From: Squalus acanthias
Taxonomy: Eukaryota
Length of the DNA stretch: 64,000 nt
Direction: 5' to 3'
NCBI GenBank assembly: GCA_030390025.1
Contig: CM059430.1
Location: 33,790,001 to 33,854,000 of the forward strand
Made by a program: the position numbers and the translations under genes. Each line of letters begins with the position of its first letter. Within the stretch, counting starts at the first letter, position 1. Of the stretch, positions 24,401 to 36,400 are shown one piece after another. The notes under the pieces were generated by a model. It was not told where the DNA came from. It was given only the letters and a program-made list of their open reading frames with translations, and made no database searches.

Positions 24401-27400
24401 ACACTAAGGGTCAATTTATCATAGCCAAATCCACCTAACCCGCACATTTTTGGACTGTGGGAGGAAACCGGAGCACCCGGAGGAAACCCAAGCAGACACG
24501 GGGAGAATGTGCAAACTCCACACAGACAGTCACCCGAGGCCGGATTCGAACCCGGGTCTCTGGTGCTGTGAGGCACCAGTGCTAACCACTATGCCACCGT
24601 GTTGCCCAATATTGCACACAATAATTTGTAGGTTATATTATACACAACAATGTACAATGTCAAAGGATTTTAATTTTGTTATTTAATCATGCCCACTTTG
24701 GCACAGATTAAAACAATTATAATTTTTTTTTTTTAAACAGCAACTCACCTTTGATTTCTAAAACAACTATTTTTGAAATAGTTTCCTTTAGAGAGTCATG
24801 CTGGACTTCAAAAGAATACGTTAGCTTTCTTTTTGCAGCTTCTGCATATCTGAAGGTGAGCTGAGATATTAAACTATAGGTTCCACTTCCTTTGTGATTT
24901 TTCAAAGTCATGGCAATGTCATATTCTCCTTCTGTGAAGTACATTGTTTTGTCTTGTTCCGGTTCCCTCTGAAAATAATCTTCTATCCTCCTGTATTCAC
25001 GTTGTTTTACAGATGATGAGGGGCTGTCCCATTTACTGATGAGAACTCTCGAGAATTTACCCTCTTCCTCTCTGTACCAAGAGACACGGATTGCTTTTGG
25101 TTTGAACCAGAGAACAGCACAAGCCAGAGAGAGTGGATCATCCATATGGAAATGGCTTGGTTTAATAATATCTGTCACTTTGGGAGCAACTGAAAAACAA
25201 AGGAGGAGCAGAATCACACAGTCGTTCTTTTCTGAAAAAAATATTAAACTTTCATTCTAGTACTGTGCTGCATTGATCATTTTCCCACCATTTTTTATTT
25301 ATTTTAGTGCTCCGTTCTCTTTGGATAGAAGCTAGGTGATACCCTTCAACTGATCTGATTGGTTGACAACTGTCAATCCCAGTGAACAAAAGTTGATTTC
25401 TCCTGTGAAATGCTGACAAGCTGACAACATGGATTGAAGCACTAAATGTCAGCTTAAAAAGCCAACAACTATGCAAATCTGGTTAGAATGCCGTGCATAT
25501 TTGAATGTTGTGGCTGAAAAAATAATTACAATGTAGGGTACCAGGGACAGAAGGAAATAGTGTTATCTTTAAAATTGGATCATCATCACTGGGTCACTAT
25601 CCTGTAATTTTCTACCTAACACCATTGAGGGAGCATTATCACCACACGTACTGCAGTGGTTCAAGGAGACGGCTCACCACCACCACTTTCTCAGGGCAAG
25701 TAAAGAGGGGCAATAAAGGCAGTCTTGCCAAAGTCACTCGCATCCCGAAAACAAGTTTAAAAAGAGATTGGTTATTTACCTTTTCTTTTATTGTTGTAGA
25801 AAATAAATGTTCCAAAGCAAACAACTGCTGTGATCATAAAAGTTAGAAAAATAGTGAGAAATGCTCCTGAGTGGATTCTTGGGTTGGAACCTATAAAAAT
25901 CGCAAGACCAAAGAAGTGTTATTGATTATTTGCTGCTCTTTCTCTGTGCTGACTATAGCAAGACTGTGCTTGTGGCAGAAAACAAAATTGTAAATTTGGT
26001 TGTAGCACAGCATAAAGCAACATCACATTTAAATAAGTGAAAGCACGCTTTATTGATAAATGATGCAGAAACTGCTATTTCATTTACAATGTCTGGTGAA
26101 ATGGACAAGACTTCTGTTGGTACGTCAAGAGGCCTTTCCATACTCCATCTTGTATTATAATTCGCGACATTTTTAAACATATCTATATTTCAGAGGGCTC
26201 CTAGTCCTCCGCAAATGGAATTCTTTCAACAACAAAAAGTGAAACTTGTGACAGTTCAGTGTCTGCATTGCCATTTATATCGTGAGGTCAATGTGAAAAT
26301 AGTCACTTATTGTTCAAGTATCCCACCCAGCCCCACTCTGCACCCAAGATGTATGGCATGACACAAGCTGCCCTATGTAGGTTCTTCCACCAAGTCTGTC
26401 TAATAGCTGATGAGGGAACTGAGACTTGAGACAACTAATGCTGGAGGGTGTTAAATGGAAGTTACTTTCTCATATATCCAGGGCCCAATACCTAACATAA
26501 TTGGCTTGCAGAGAGGCAAACAGCTACTTCTCAAGTTACACAACCCCAAATAGTATGGTGTATGATGTGTGTCCATGCTGTGGTCAGCATGATGATGGCA
26601 ATGCACTCACACATTTTATGGTCAGTTCTGATGCTCACTTCACCACTTTGAGGAGCTCTAGTTACCTGCTAGCCACCCAGCAAGGACTCAAACCTGCATT
26701 TGTCAATTGTCTATTGACAAAATAGTTACGACCTTCTCTGGGGGCGGGGGGGGGGGGGGGGGGGGGGGGGGAAAGAGGGGCAGGGTGGTAAACTGAATCT
26801 CTTTGGCGTCAAGGTGGCTCCAAGATGATACAAGTGGTTATAGAAATTCAGAACTAAGTTAACTCGCTGTGGCAGACATGTAATCCAATATCTGAGCCAA
26901 GCGGATCCCAAGTGCATAAGGGCAATGTTGATGACTGCCCTGTCAGGCTGGCTCACTAATGGAATCTAGTCAGTCCATTAGGGGTAGGCTCATCACTGGG
27001 GGCTGGGAATTTTACCATTGGTTTGCAGAGTTATCTGGAGCCAATCTACAGGCTTTAGCTGTAGCACTATTCCTGTCCCCAAGCCCTGGCTCTGCCAACC
27101 TACACCTAAGCTCGCTAGACTTAGGAGAGTGGGTTATGTCCCAAAGGGGTGAGTGTGTGCATTCCATATTGAAATTCAGAGACTCTTAAACATGTTGGTG
27201 GGTCTACCTATGTGTTGGATAGCCGACTGACCAAAAAATAAATTATTTGGTTTAATCTTTACTAATGATAGTTATGAAAACTGTTGAATTCTAACAGTAA
27301 AAAACTGTTTCCTTGCATATTTTGACCTACAGAATGAACTTAGAAATTCCACATAATTCAGACATAGTATTAATATTCAGAATACTACTGCTTTGTTGTC

Positions 27401-30400
27401 TTGAACTTTCATATGAATTTACTAGAAATGTATGTCAGCATTTCTATTGTAATACCTCTGAATGTTTTCTGAAAAATGTTCAACAATTCTCCCAATTTCA
27501 AAGAACAATCTGAATGACGAAGAAAAACGGGGCCAAAATGAGAATATGGCGCGGCTCACTGTAAGGAACAGATGTTTACACGTGTAGGAACTGGATAATG
27601 TCTGTTCCTTATAATGACCCATCTGTTGTGTGGCTTATTTACACAAATTCAAATCAAGTTTCCCCAAGTGAAAATAAAACAGAATTCCTGCTATATTAGA
27701 ATCAGTAAAATGAAATGCTCCTCGTCATTTACTAGATACCATTCTCCTTTATTATTACTCACCCTTGATGGTCAAACTAACAGCTTTTTGTAGAGGTGTC
27801 TTTAAAGCTTCATGACTAACTTCACAGATGTAATAAGCTCCATCATCTGTTTGGTTGCCTTTGATGATTAGGAATGAAAGCAGATTAAATGTCCCATCTT
27901 GATTTTGTTGAGGTAATCCTGTAACCGCTCTTGATGTGATATCAACTTGGTGTCCACTGTCTTTTGAGCCACTTTTTAACCAAGAGACAGAATGGTTTTC
28001 TGGATAAAAGTTTTTCATTTCACAAACGATGGTTTTATCTTCCCCAGGTTCAATGATAATGTTTACGGTGTTTACTGAAATTGTAGGAGGTGCTACAAAG
28101 GTAAAAGGAATAAGGATAAATATTGTATTCCTTTTATGAGCTTTCTTTATTGATGTCATCTTAAAATGCAACACGCTCATGTTAGCCATTCAAAGGAACA
28201 GGAGTTCAGCAAGCCTCGAGCCTGTTCTGCCATTCAATGAGATCGTGGCTGATCTGTGACCTAACTCCTTATACCCGCCTTTGCCCCATATCCCTTAATA
28301 CCTTTGGTTAACAAAAATCTATCAATCTCAGATTTAAAATTAACAATTGACCTAGCATCAATTGCTGTTTGCGGAAGAGAGTTCCAAACTTCTACCACCC
28401 TGTGCGTGTAGAAGTTTTTCCTAACTTCATTCCTGAAAGGTCTGGCTCTAATATTTAGACTATGCCCCCTCGTCCTAGAATCCCCAACCAGCGGAAATAG
28501 TTTCTCTCTATCTACCCTATCTGTTCCCCTTAATATCTTGAAAATTTCAATCACATCATCCCTTAACCTTCTAAATTCCAGGAAATAAAACCCTAGTTTG
28601 TGTAATCTCTCCTCGTAATTTAACCCTTGGGAGTCCAGGTATCATTCTGGTAAATCTATGCTGCACTCCCTTCAAGGCATCTGGTATTTATTTACAGCAG
28701 AATCTGAAGGGCGATGTTCATTCGTTCAATCGGACTTCAGATCACTTTTAATTTTAGGGTAACATACTCTTTAGATACTACAGTAGTTAGTCACCAGAGA
28801 AGATATTCTGTCCCATCTGTTTAACAGTTCTGATGAAAGGTCATCGACCGGAAATGTTGGCTCGGTTTCTCTCTCCGCAGATGCTGCCTGACTTGCCGAG
28901 TGTTTCCCAGCATTTTCTGTTTCTATTTCAGATTTCCAGTAGTCGCAGTATTTTGTTTCAGTAAGCACTGCACTGGTCGGGAATTTCAATTTCAAAGTTA
29001 AAGCAATGTTCTGGCCTAAACACAATGGAAATTGTGGCAAAGTCAGGAACATTGAATTTCTGGAGGAAAAGGATATTTTGAGCTGTTGACTTATGTCCAC
29101 TGGGACTGAGACTGCATCTGCCCAGTCATTTCAGGGAAGGATCTATAATTAGCTATCAGAGGGAACAGATGTTTCGTCCCAACTGCTTAGGCTGAACATT
29201 AGTTCAGTTTGCTGAGGATAAACAACATTACTCCAACTCACTTTGCCATTCAGTATGTGTGTGTTTTATTTTAATTTGCAAGTGCTGGAAAAGACAGAAA
29301 CAATTACTGCGGATGCGAGCAAGTTTTGCATTGGTATTTTTCACGGATATCGCACTGTTGTAACAGTATCACACAGCTGGACAAATTACCTACTTAGTGA
29401 GTGTTTCATTCCTACAGTTCTATCTGTATCTATAACTATCACTAGTATAGATTAATGCAATTACATAAATTAAATTGGCTGAAAGGACAAACACATTTAT
29501 TTTATTTGAGAAAAGTCTGATGTGGTGACGTTTTTATATCCAACTGACAGCATACTTTGCTGCATTTCTGGCACTTCAGCTGAGTCCAGCCAGTTTCAGA
29601 TTTGATTTGATATCCTCTCCCCTCCTTCTTCAGTACAGTGGCCTATTCTGGAGTGTGCTATTGCTTAATCTGTATGAATGCCCAAAATATACTGGCCTTA
29701 CATTTGATAGAGTCCACAATTAGGGGCCATTTAATTTCTGCTCTGACTTTTATGGTGGTTCTGTGGTCCTTATATTTTACATTCTTCTTCTCTAACATTG
29801 ATTATTATTACTGCTTTAAGTAAGTCCCTTAAAGACACATCATTCATTTGTATCTTTCTCTAATTACCATCGATTCTGCCTTTACAAAGTATTTACAGCA
29901 CAGGAACAGGCCATTCGGCCCAACAGGACCATGCCGGTGTTTATGCTCCACACGAGCCTCCTCCCACCCCACTACATCGAACCCCATCAACATATCCTTC
30001 TATTCCTTTCTCCCTCATGTGTTTATCTAGCTTCCCCTTAAATGTATCTACGCTAGTATCTTCAACCACTCCGTGGTAGCGAGTTCCACATTCTAACCAC
30101 TTTCTGGGAAAAGAAGTTTCTCCTGAATTCCCTATTGGATTTATTAGTGACTATTAGTGAGAAAAGAGCCCGATCCTGTTCAATCTTTCTGGATAGGTAT
30201 AACCTCGCAGTTCTGGTATCATTCTAGGAAATCTTCTTTGCATCTTCTCCAGTGCCTCTATATCCTTTTTAGAATATGGAGACCAGAACTGTTCACAGTA
30301 CTCCAAGTGTGGTCTAACCAAGGTTCTATACAAGATTAACATAACTTCGCTGCTTTTCAGTTCTATCCCTCTAGAAATAAACCCCAGTGCTTTGTTTGCT

Positions 30401-33400
30401 TTTTTTATGGCCTTATTAACCTGCGACACTACTTTTGGTGATTGGTGTATCTGTACCCCCAGATCCCTCGGCTCCTCTACCCCATTTAGACACTTATTTT
30501 CCAAGGAGTACGTGGCCTCCTTATTCTTCCAACCAAAATGTACACTTATCTAAACCTTTATCATGTTTATGACTGAATCAATGCTTCTTGTGGTCATATC
30601 AATTTCTTCACAATCTTTTTCAAACTCGAGTTCATTTTTCAAACAACACAGTACATCTTTCAGTAATTTGCTCCTTTTCCATTTAATCTTTTTCCGTGCA
30701 CATGGATAGTATCCAATGGAAATTGGGTCAAATCTCCCTAAAGACTTTTATCAGCAGTCAGGCAGAGGTGATTTTTAAACCTATCAACTTGGATTGGATC
30801 AAATTCAAGCCCAGAGGTGATTGTAACTTTTCTAAACCAATATATGCTGTCAAATCTCTTTCTTTCAAGCTGCTTGATTTCTTTACAAATATTTCTCCTG
30901 AGATGTTAAAGCGTGGCTATTCCCATCCTGTCAGTAGATCGTTTTTTTTTAGACTTTTATCATTTTGCAAGACCATCTTCAGACTATTTTTCTGTCATCT
31001 CTGTCAGAGCTATCTATTTTCTCTTATCGTATATAGTTTTTCACTCTTCCATCCAGGACCTAATTCTCAGTAATAGGACCCGATTGGTGTTCAGCTATAT
31101 TCTGATCCACATAAACTGTCTCTTCTACCAACTTACTGGATATATCAGCTACCAATATGTCCACTGTTTACTTTCTGTAACCCAAACTCACTTGGTGATG
31201 GTGCAAACACATTAAACTTCATTTTTCAAGCTCATTACTTAAAATTGTAAAATCTATTCCACAACTCCAGTCTCGTGCTAATTTTCAATTCTTTTCCCCC
31301 TTTTTCATAATATGCAGCTTTAACTGAAGTTTCCCAATCAATCAATAAAAGTAGTCAAATTTAGCTTCAGACTCTGTTTTGGCTTTTTCTCTCATATTAG
31401 AGGCAGACTGGTCCATCTCAGTGGATATTTCTCTATCAATAAATATAACGTCACCAGTGAGGTAACTTAAAGCATTCAACCAAATTTTGGAAGTGCTTTT
31501 CTCTCATCATCTCTTACCAATGGGTATATTAAAATCTGTCTGAGAATGGATCTCAAAGAATCCAAATACACGTTTTTTTGTTTAGCTCAAATACGTGATG
31601 CTAACTTCTCTGTTTGCCATTTTACAGCAAACTTGTGCCGATATCCAACTGACAATATTTGCATCTCTCTATTTTTCTTATCAGCGCATTTTTACACTTT
31701 TCAAAATCAGCTGGAATTTTTATTTGCATCATTAACATTTCCAGTGAATATAGTTAAAAAAAATCCCAACACTTCTTGAAGGATTACACTTCAGATATTA
31801 TAGGGGAACGGTAGCATAGTGGTTATGTTACTGGACTAATGATTCGGAGGCACGAGTTCAAATCCCACCACGACAGCTGGGGAATTTAAATTCAGTTAAT
31901 TAAATAAATCTGGAATAAAAAGCTTGTGACCATGAAACTATCAGATTGTCGTAAAAATCCATCTGGTTCACTAATGTCCTTTAGGGAAGGAAATCTGCCG
32001 TCCTTACCTGGTCTGTGTAACTCCAATGTGGTTGACTCTTAACTGCCCTCTGAAATGGCCTAGCGAGCCACCCAGTTGTACGAAAAACAATAAGAATAAA
32101 ACCGGATGGACCACCCGGCATCGACCTCGGCACCAGATTCGGACACGACAACGGCACATCCAGCACAGTCGACCCTGCAAAGACCTCCTCACTAACATCT
32201 GCGGACTGGTGCCAAAATCGGGAGAGCTGTCCCACAGACTAGTCAAGCAACAGCCCGACATAGTCATACTCACAGAATTAGCCAATGTCCCAGACTCCTC
32301 CATCATCATCCCTACAGGTGGCGGCACAGTGGTATACAGTCGGGAGGGAGTCGCCCAGGGAGTCCTCAACACTGACCCCATGTCTCATTGCTTCAGGTCA
32401 AGCATGGGCAAGGAAACCTCCTGCTGATTACCACCTACCACCCTCCCTCAGCTGATGAATCAGTACTCTTCCATGTTGAACAACACTTGGAAGAAGCACT
32501 GAGGGTAGCAAGGGCACAGAATGTACTCTGGGTGGGGGACTTCAATGTCCATCACCAAGAGTGACTCGGCAGCACCACTACTGACTGAGGTGGCCGAGTC
32601 CTGAAGGACATAGCTGCCAGTCTGGGCCTGCGACAGGTGGTGAGAGAACCAACACGAGTGAAAAACCTACTTGATCTCGTCCTCACCAATCTACCTGTCG
32701 CAGATGCATCTGTCCATGACAGTATTGGTAACAGTGACCACCGCACAGTCCTTGTGGAGACGAAATCCCATCTTCACACATGGGCCCCCAACGCTGGTTC
32801 AATGAGCAGTGCAGAAGAGCATGCCAGGAGCAGCACCAGGCATAGCAAAAAAAAATGAGGCGCCAACCTGGGGAAGCTGCAACACAAGACTACATACATG
32901 CTAAACAGCGGAAGCAGCATGCTATAGACAGAGCTAAGCAATCCTACAATCAACGGATCAGATCAAAACTCTGCAGTCCTACCACATCCAGTTGTGAATG
33001 GTTGTGGACCATTAAACAACTAACGGGAGGAGGCTCCATGAATATCCCCATCCTCAATGATGGCGGAGCCCAGCACGCGAATGCAAAAGACAAGGCTGAA
33101 GCGTTTGCAACCACCTTCAGCCACAATCACAGAAGCCAGTCTTCAGCCAATTCGATTTACTCCACGTGACATCAAGAAACGCTGAGCGCACTACATACAG
33201 CAAAGGCTATGGGCCCTGACAACATCCCGACTGTCGTGCTGAAGACTTGTGCTTCAGCACTAGCTGCGCCTCTAGCCAAGCTGTTCCAGTACAGCTACAA
33301 CACTGGCATCTACCCGACAATGTGGAAAATGTCCTGTCCACAAAAAGCAGGAGAAATCCAATCCGGCCAATTACTGCCCCATCAGTCTACTCTCAATCAT

Positions 33401-36400
33401 CAGCAAAGTGATGGAAGGTGTCGTCGACAATGCTATCAAGCGGCACTTACTCACCAATAACCTGCTCACCGATGCTTAGTTTGGATTCCGGCAGGACCAC
33501 TTGGCTCCCGACCTCATTACAGCCTTGGTCCAAACATGGACTAAAGAGCTGAATTCCAGAAGTGAGATGAAAGTGACTTCCCTTGACTTCAAGGCAACAT
33601 TCGACCGAGTGTGGCACCAAGGAGCCCTCGTAAAATGGGAATCAGGGAGAAAACTCTTCACTGGCTGGAGTCATATCTAGCACAAAGGAAGGTGGTTGTT
33701 GGCGGCCTATCATCTCAGCCCCAGGACGTCGCTGCAGGAGTTCCTCAGGGCAGTGTCCTAGGCCCAACCATCTTCAGCTCCTTCATCAATAACCTTCCCT
33801 CCATTATAAGGTCAGAAGTGGGGATGTTCGCTGATGACTGCAAAGTGTTCAGTTCCATTCACAACTCCTCAGATAATTAAGCAGTCCATGCCTGAATATA
33901 GCAAGACCTGGATGGCATTCAGGCTTGGGCTGATAAGTGGCAAGTAACATTCGTGCCAGGCAATGACTATCGCCAACAAGCTAAAGTCTAACCACTGCCC
34001 CTTGACATTCAACAACATTACCATCGCCAAATCCCTCAACATCCATCCAGAGGCTGGGTATTCTGCGGCGAGTGTCTCACCTCCTGACTCCCCAAAGCCT
34101 TTCCACCATCTACAAGGCACAAGTCAGCAGTGTGATGGAATACTCTCCACTTGCCTGGATGAGTGCAGCTCCAACAACACTCAAGAAGCTTGACCCCATC
34201 CAGGACAAAGCAGTCCGCTTGATTGGCACCCCATCCACTACCTTAAACATTCACTCCCTCCACCACCAGCGTACCGTGGCTGCAGTGTGTACCATCTACA
34301 AGATGCACTGCAGCAACTCGCCAAGGCTTCTTCGACAGCACCTCCAAAACCCGCGACCTCTACCACCTAGAAGGACAAGGGCAGCAGATGCATGGGAGCA
34401 CCACCACCTGCAAGTTCCCCTCCAAGTCACACACCATCCTGACTTGGAAATATATCACCGTTCCTTCATCGTCACTGGGTCAAAATCCTGGAACTCCCTC
34501 ACTAACAGCACCTTCACCACACGGACTGCAGCGGTTCAAGAAGGCGACTCCCCACCACCTTCTCAAGGGCAATTAGGGATGGGCAATAAATGCTGGCCTT
34601 GCCTGCAACGCCCACATCACAGGAACAAAAAATAAATAAAAAATTCCCACACTCACCTGTTACTGACAGGGTAACTCGCCCCGTTGCTTTATCAGAAAAT
34701 ATTGTAACTGTGCAGGAGTATGATCCAATGTCATGAATAGTAACATTTTTTAGGAGTAAAGAAGCATTTGCTTTGCTTATTTCATTTAAAAAGAGACTTG
34801 ATCCTGGTCTATAGCTTTCATATTCTCCAAAGTCGAACACACATACTGCTTTTTCATCATCTCCCACTCTGTGGTTCCATTCAATCACAACGTATCTCAA
34901 ATCAAGCTCAACGGTGTGAGAAAATAAGCAGCCTAGCAGGACATCTTCACCAATTGTGGCACTGAACACAGCTGGGCTGACCACCACTTCCAGGGTAGCT
35001 GCATAAAAAAAAATACATATATAAGGAAATAGGTTCTAAACATAGGTAATAAATCATGAATTGAAATACATTTTTTATTTAGTAAAACTCCACAGGGGAG
35101 AAATACAATTCATGGCCATCATTTTAGCGGCCAAGAGTTGCAAAATGCGGGGGGGCACCTTGGCCACCCCATTGGTGCCCAAGGCCGACCTGATGCCGTA
35201 TTCAGATGGGCCTGTAAATGGTGGAGCAGCCTGCCCACCTGAAACAGGCATCAGGCTGCTTTGCTACACAAATCAGGGCCCGACGCCGGTTGTAGGACGG
35301 CGATGCAAAATTCAGGTACAAATGGGTGGAGCTTGCACTGTGCAAGTTGTGCCGGGTCGTGAGAGGCCTAACCAATGGTCCTTAAACAGACCGCTCAGAA
35401 AAAGGCCACAAAATAATGGTTCCTTCCTATGTCCAGATTTCAAGTGAGCTACACAATACTGCACAACTGCAATTTCGGCATTTGAATGGGAATATCAGCA
35501 GCTTCTCCCATCTGGAGAAACACTAGGGGGGTGATTTTGCCAGCCCTGGGGAGGCGGGTATGGAGGCGGGACGGCCGGGAAAATGGCAGAATCTGGGAGC
35601 AGGTACCCATCCCGCCCTCAACCCGCCTCCGTGCCATCTTCCCAGGAGGCGGGTACCCGACCTGCGCTGGGAGCCGCCTCAAGGCGGGAAGGGGATTAGT
35701 GGCAATTAACTGCCTGTTAACAGGCAGTTTTTTTTGATAATCCCTATTTTGCGACCTAAAGTGTGGGCTTCCTGACGGCTCCGAACCTCGCCAGGGTCAG
35801 CGAGGTGAGCCGTGGGTCTGCAGGGGTCGGAGGGGCCGAAAAGTGCGCTGTGCAGGTGAGTGATGAGTGCAAGTGTGGAGAGGTAAGTGTGTGAGGTGAG
35901 TGTAGAGTGTTTTAATAAGATTACTTACCTTTGCTTCTTCCTCCAGGCTTCATCTCTTTAGGCTGCGGAGCTGCCTCATCTCACCGGCAGAGAAAGCAGA
36001 ATGGCCGCTGCATTCTTAAATGCAGCAGCCTTCTGCTTTCTGCTCAGGAAAGCTTTCTAAGTGAGTCTTCAGTAAAGGACTCAACTTAGAAGACAGATTG
36101 TCAGTGTTTGACAGCTTCACAGAGCTGTCAAACGATGACAATTCATCTGTCAAAAAATCTTGACAGATGAAACGTCATACGCTGACGTTCTCTGTCACCG
36201 GCTTTCCCTTAATTGGCCTGCTAAGCCCGCTGGGCGGGCTTAACAAGATCAATCAAGGGAAAATAGTGTGGGTTGGCCGGACGTCGATGGAGACGGGACT
36301 AAAACCAGACAAGCAGCAGTCCCGCCTCCATCACGTCCCCATTGATAAAATCACCCCCATGATCTCCCTAACATTAGAGAGATCCCACACTTGGCAGGAA

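Noticed and set aside
24530-24607. tRNA-like sequences (also about 21760-21828, 31802-31870, 49340-49430)
   Set aside because: They are SINE/LINE heads continuous with repeat bodies, not standalone tRNA genes
24717-24748. Read-through tail ELLFKKKKL* resembling a tapasin-like KKxx ER-retrieval signal
   Set aside because: The lysines come from an intronic poly-A run, and KKxx needs a preceding TM segment
26740-26790. Poly-G tract as a functional G-quadruplex
   Set aside because: Homopolymer length is unreliable, it lies on the non-coding (template) strand, and nothing else supports a function
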